Positions 63,004 to 64,000 of a stretch of 64,000 bases of DNA are shown piece by piece. Each line of letters opens with the position of its first letter. The stretch's first letter is position 1. The stretch lies in contig JAWOEI010000092.1 in the NCBI GenBank assembly GCA_046482825.1, forward strand, positions 32,169 to 96,168, read 5' to 3'. The notes beneath the pieces are model-generated. The model ran no database searches and was not told the DNA's origin. It saw only the letters and a program-made list of their open reading frames with translations. This stretch comes from Kiritimatiellia bacterium (GTDB lineage Bacteria > Verrucomicrobiota > Kiritimatiellia > RFP12 > UBA1067). The position numbers were made by a program, and so were the translations under genes.

Positions 63004-63117
63004 TTAACCCTGGCGCTGCTTGTGGCGGGGATTAGTACAAATAACACGTACAATACCCTGACGGCGGATCACTCGACACCGTTCACACATGCGCCGCACT
63101 GAACTGCGAACTTTCAT
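63004..63117 (-). CDS. rpmJ: 50S ribosomal protein L36
   Basis: My own translation gives a 37-aa protein, below the track cutoff: [37 protein letters not shown]. Confidence 0.95.
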   Translation of the reverse strand: MKVRSSVRRMCERCRVIRRQGIVRVICTNPRHKQRQG

Positions 63118-63195
63118 GGTTTACTCCTTATTCGAAAAAGGCTTTGGATTTAACCAAAAGTCCGTCACCTTGTCTATCAAAAAAACTGGAAATTC

Positions 63196-63948
63196 TCATG
63201 CCAGCGTCAGAATTTCCACGCTATCATCGAGCACTGCCACGGTGTGCTCGAAGTGTGCGGACGGTTTCCCGTCACACGTAACTACCGTCCAGTCGTCATC
63301 CAGAACAACAACCCCGGCTTCTCCCAGATTAACCATAGGCTCAATTGCAATGGTCATTCCCGGTTTCAGCACAGGGCCCTTCCCCGACGCGCCATAGTTC
63401 GGAACCTGCGGTTCTTCGTGGAGGTGACGCCCCACGCCGTGACCCACAAACTGACGGACAACCGAGCATCCGGAGGCTTCCGCCACACACTGTACCGTAT
63501 GGGAGATATCCGAAAGCCTTGCACCCGGCCTGACAGCTTCCACAGCCTGTTGAAGTGCCCGTCTGGTTGTCTCAACCAGACGGATTACATCAAAGTCAAC
63601 CGCTCCGACCATTACAGTCAGGGCATTGTCCCCATGAAAGCCGTTATAAAAAACCCCGACGTCCAGGCTTACAATATCACCAGAACATATCTTTCTGTCT
63701 CCCGGTATCCCGTGAATAACCTCATCGTTGATAGATATACACATTGCAGCGGGATAACCGCAATACCCCAGAAAGGATGGTTTTCCTTTCATTTCCGAAA
63801 TCATATCCCGTGCCGTCTGGTCAAGTTCAGCTGTGGTTACCCCCGGTCTGACCAGATCGGCCACTCCATGTAGCACTTCAGCGGACATACGGCAGCTTGT
63901 ACGCATGGCGTTTAAATCAGCCTCGCTCTTTAATGGTATCCTGCTCAT
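63196..63948 (-). CDS. map: type I methionine aminopeptidase
   Basis: 250 aa with HGIP, DVG..Y.G.HGD, FVGHG.G and EP motifs, located between adk and rpmJ. Confidence 0.95.
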   Translation of the reverse strand: MSRIPLKSEADLNAMRTSCRMSAEVLHGVADLVRPGVTTAELDQTARDMISEMKGKPSFLGYCGYPAAMCISINDEVIHGIPGDRKICSGDIVSLDVGVFYNGFHGDNALTVMVGAVDFDVIRLVETTRRALQQAVEAVRPGARLSDISHTVQCVAEASGCSVVRQFVGHGVGRHLHEEPQVPNYGASGKGPVLKPGMTIAIEPMVNLGEAGVVVLDDDWTVVTCDGKPSAHFEHTVAVLDDSVEILTLA

Positions 63949-64000
63949 GCTAAAGCCTCACGAAGCTGTCCGGCAACATCATCAATATCACCAACTCCAT
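63945..64000 (-). CDS. adk: C-terminal end of an upstream gene, probably adenylate kinase (5' part outside window)
   Basis: The frame ...GVGDIDDVAGQLREALA* ends in a TGA that overlaps the map ATG (ATGA). The assignment rests on the conserved secY-adk-map order only. Confidence 0.4.
   Translation of the reverse strand, partial: GVGDIDDVAGQLREALA

Noticed and set aside
1-64000. Scan for CRISPR arrays, rRNA, additional tRNAs, tmRNA/RNase P/SRP signatures, transposase/integrase genes and toxin-antitoxin pairs.
   Set aside because: I found no spaced direct-repeat arrays. Apart from tRNA-Ala, I saw no T-loop (GTTCGAATC-type) motifs. No conserved RNase P, tmRNA or SRP core strings are present, and none of the ORFs has recombinase-like motifs.

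Overview
This 64-kb window is gene-dense and mostly housekeeping chromosome. I call about 50 protein genes and one tRNA. I found no rRNA, CRISPR array, transposase, integrase or phage genes.

Gene content by region, in window order:
- 1-1882: an edge-truncated secreted GH36-like glycosidase that is missing from the ORF track.
- 2.0-11.3 kb (minus): acpP-fabG-fabD-plsX-rpmF-yceD, coaD-rsmD, rlmH, a tandem NDK-like gene, cstA and ybeY.
- 11.6-15.7 kb (minus): tRNA-Ala(CGC), murG, murJ and lpxK.
- 15.9-21.2 kb (plus): hemW, nadA, a BamE-like lipoprotein, a hexose-6-P epimerase, a VanZ-like protein and rarA.
- 21.2-37.3 kb, the more accessory part: an AsmA-like plus transglutaminase-like gene pair, kduI, a 1130-aa polytopic-TPR protein overlapping an LpxL-type acyltransferase, a serine hydrolase, and yggT-DUF167 coupled to a 677-aa secreted protein.
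- 37.5-50.7 kb: tpiA, dCMP deaminase, murA, pcnB, lnt, rnr, groESL and dnaK.
- 51.4-57.1 kb: a roughly 1900-aa secreted multi-LamG-like protein.
- 57.2-64.0 kb: an orphan lipoyl/PSBD protein plus SDR, rnhB, and the 3' part of the ribosomal-protein/rpoA cluster (adk-map-rpmJ-rpsM-rpsK-rpsD-rpoA-rplQ).

The gene content (Asp-type MurA, giant lectin-fold and TPR membrane proteins, glycan catabolism) suggests a PVC-group bacterium. That placement is inference only.

The most interesting unexplained signals are:
1. An orphan consensus-promoter-to-terminator unit predicting a roughly 160-nt sRNA with three C-rich, anti-SD-like motifs (31979-32173, minus).
2. A 22-nt conserved motif plus hairpin found three times, upstream of rsmD, rnr and rnhB.
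3. A 257-bp inverted-repeat-bounded, AT-rich, MITE-like segment carrying TTCCGTG heptamer repeats directly upstream of ybeY.
4. A cluster of TGTC(C/T)CAC octamers upstream of dnaK, with no CIRCE element present.
5. A K/E/A-rich N-terminal extension of about 100 aa on ribosomal protein S11.

All product calls come from motif recognition by eye. No database search was run.
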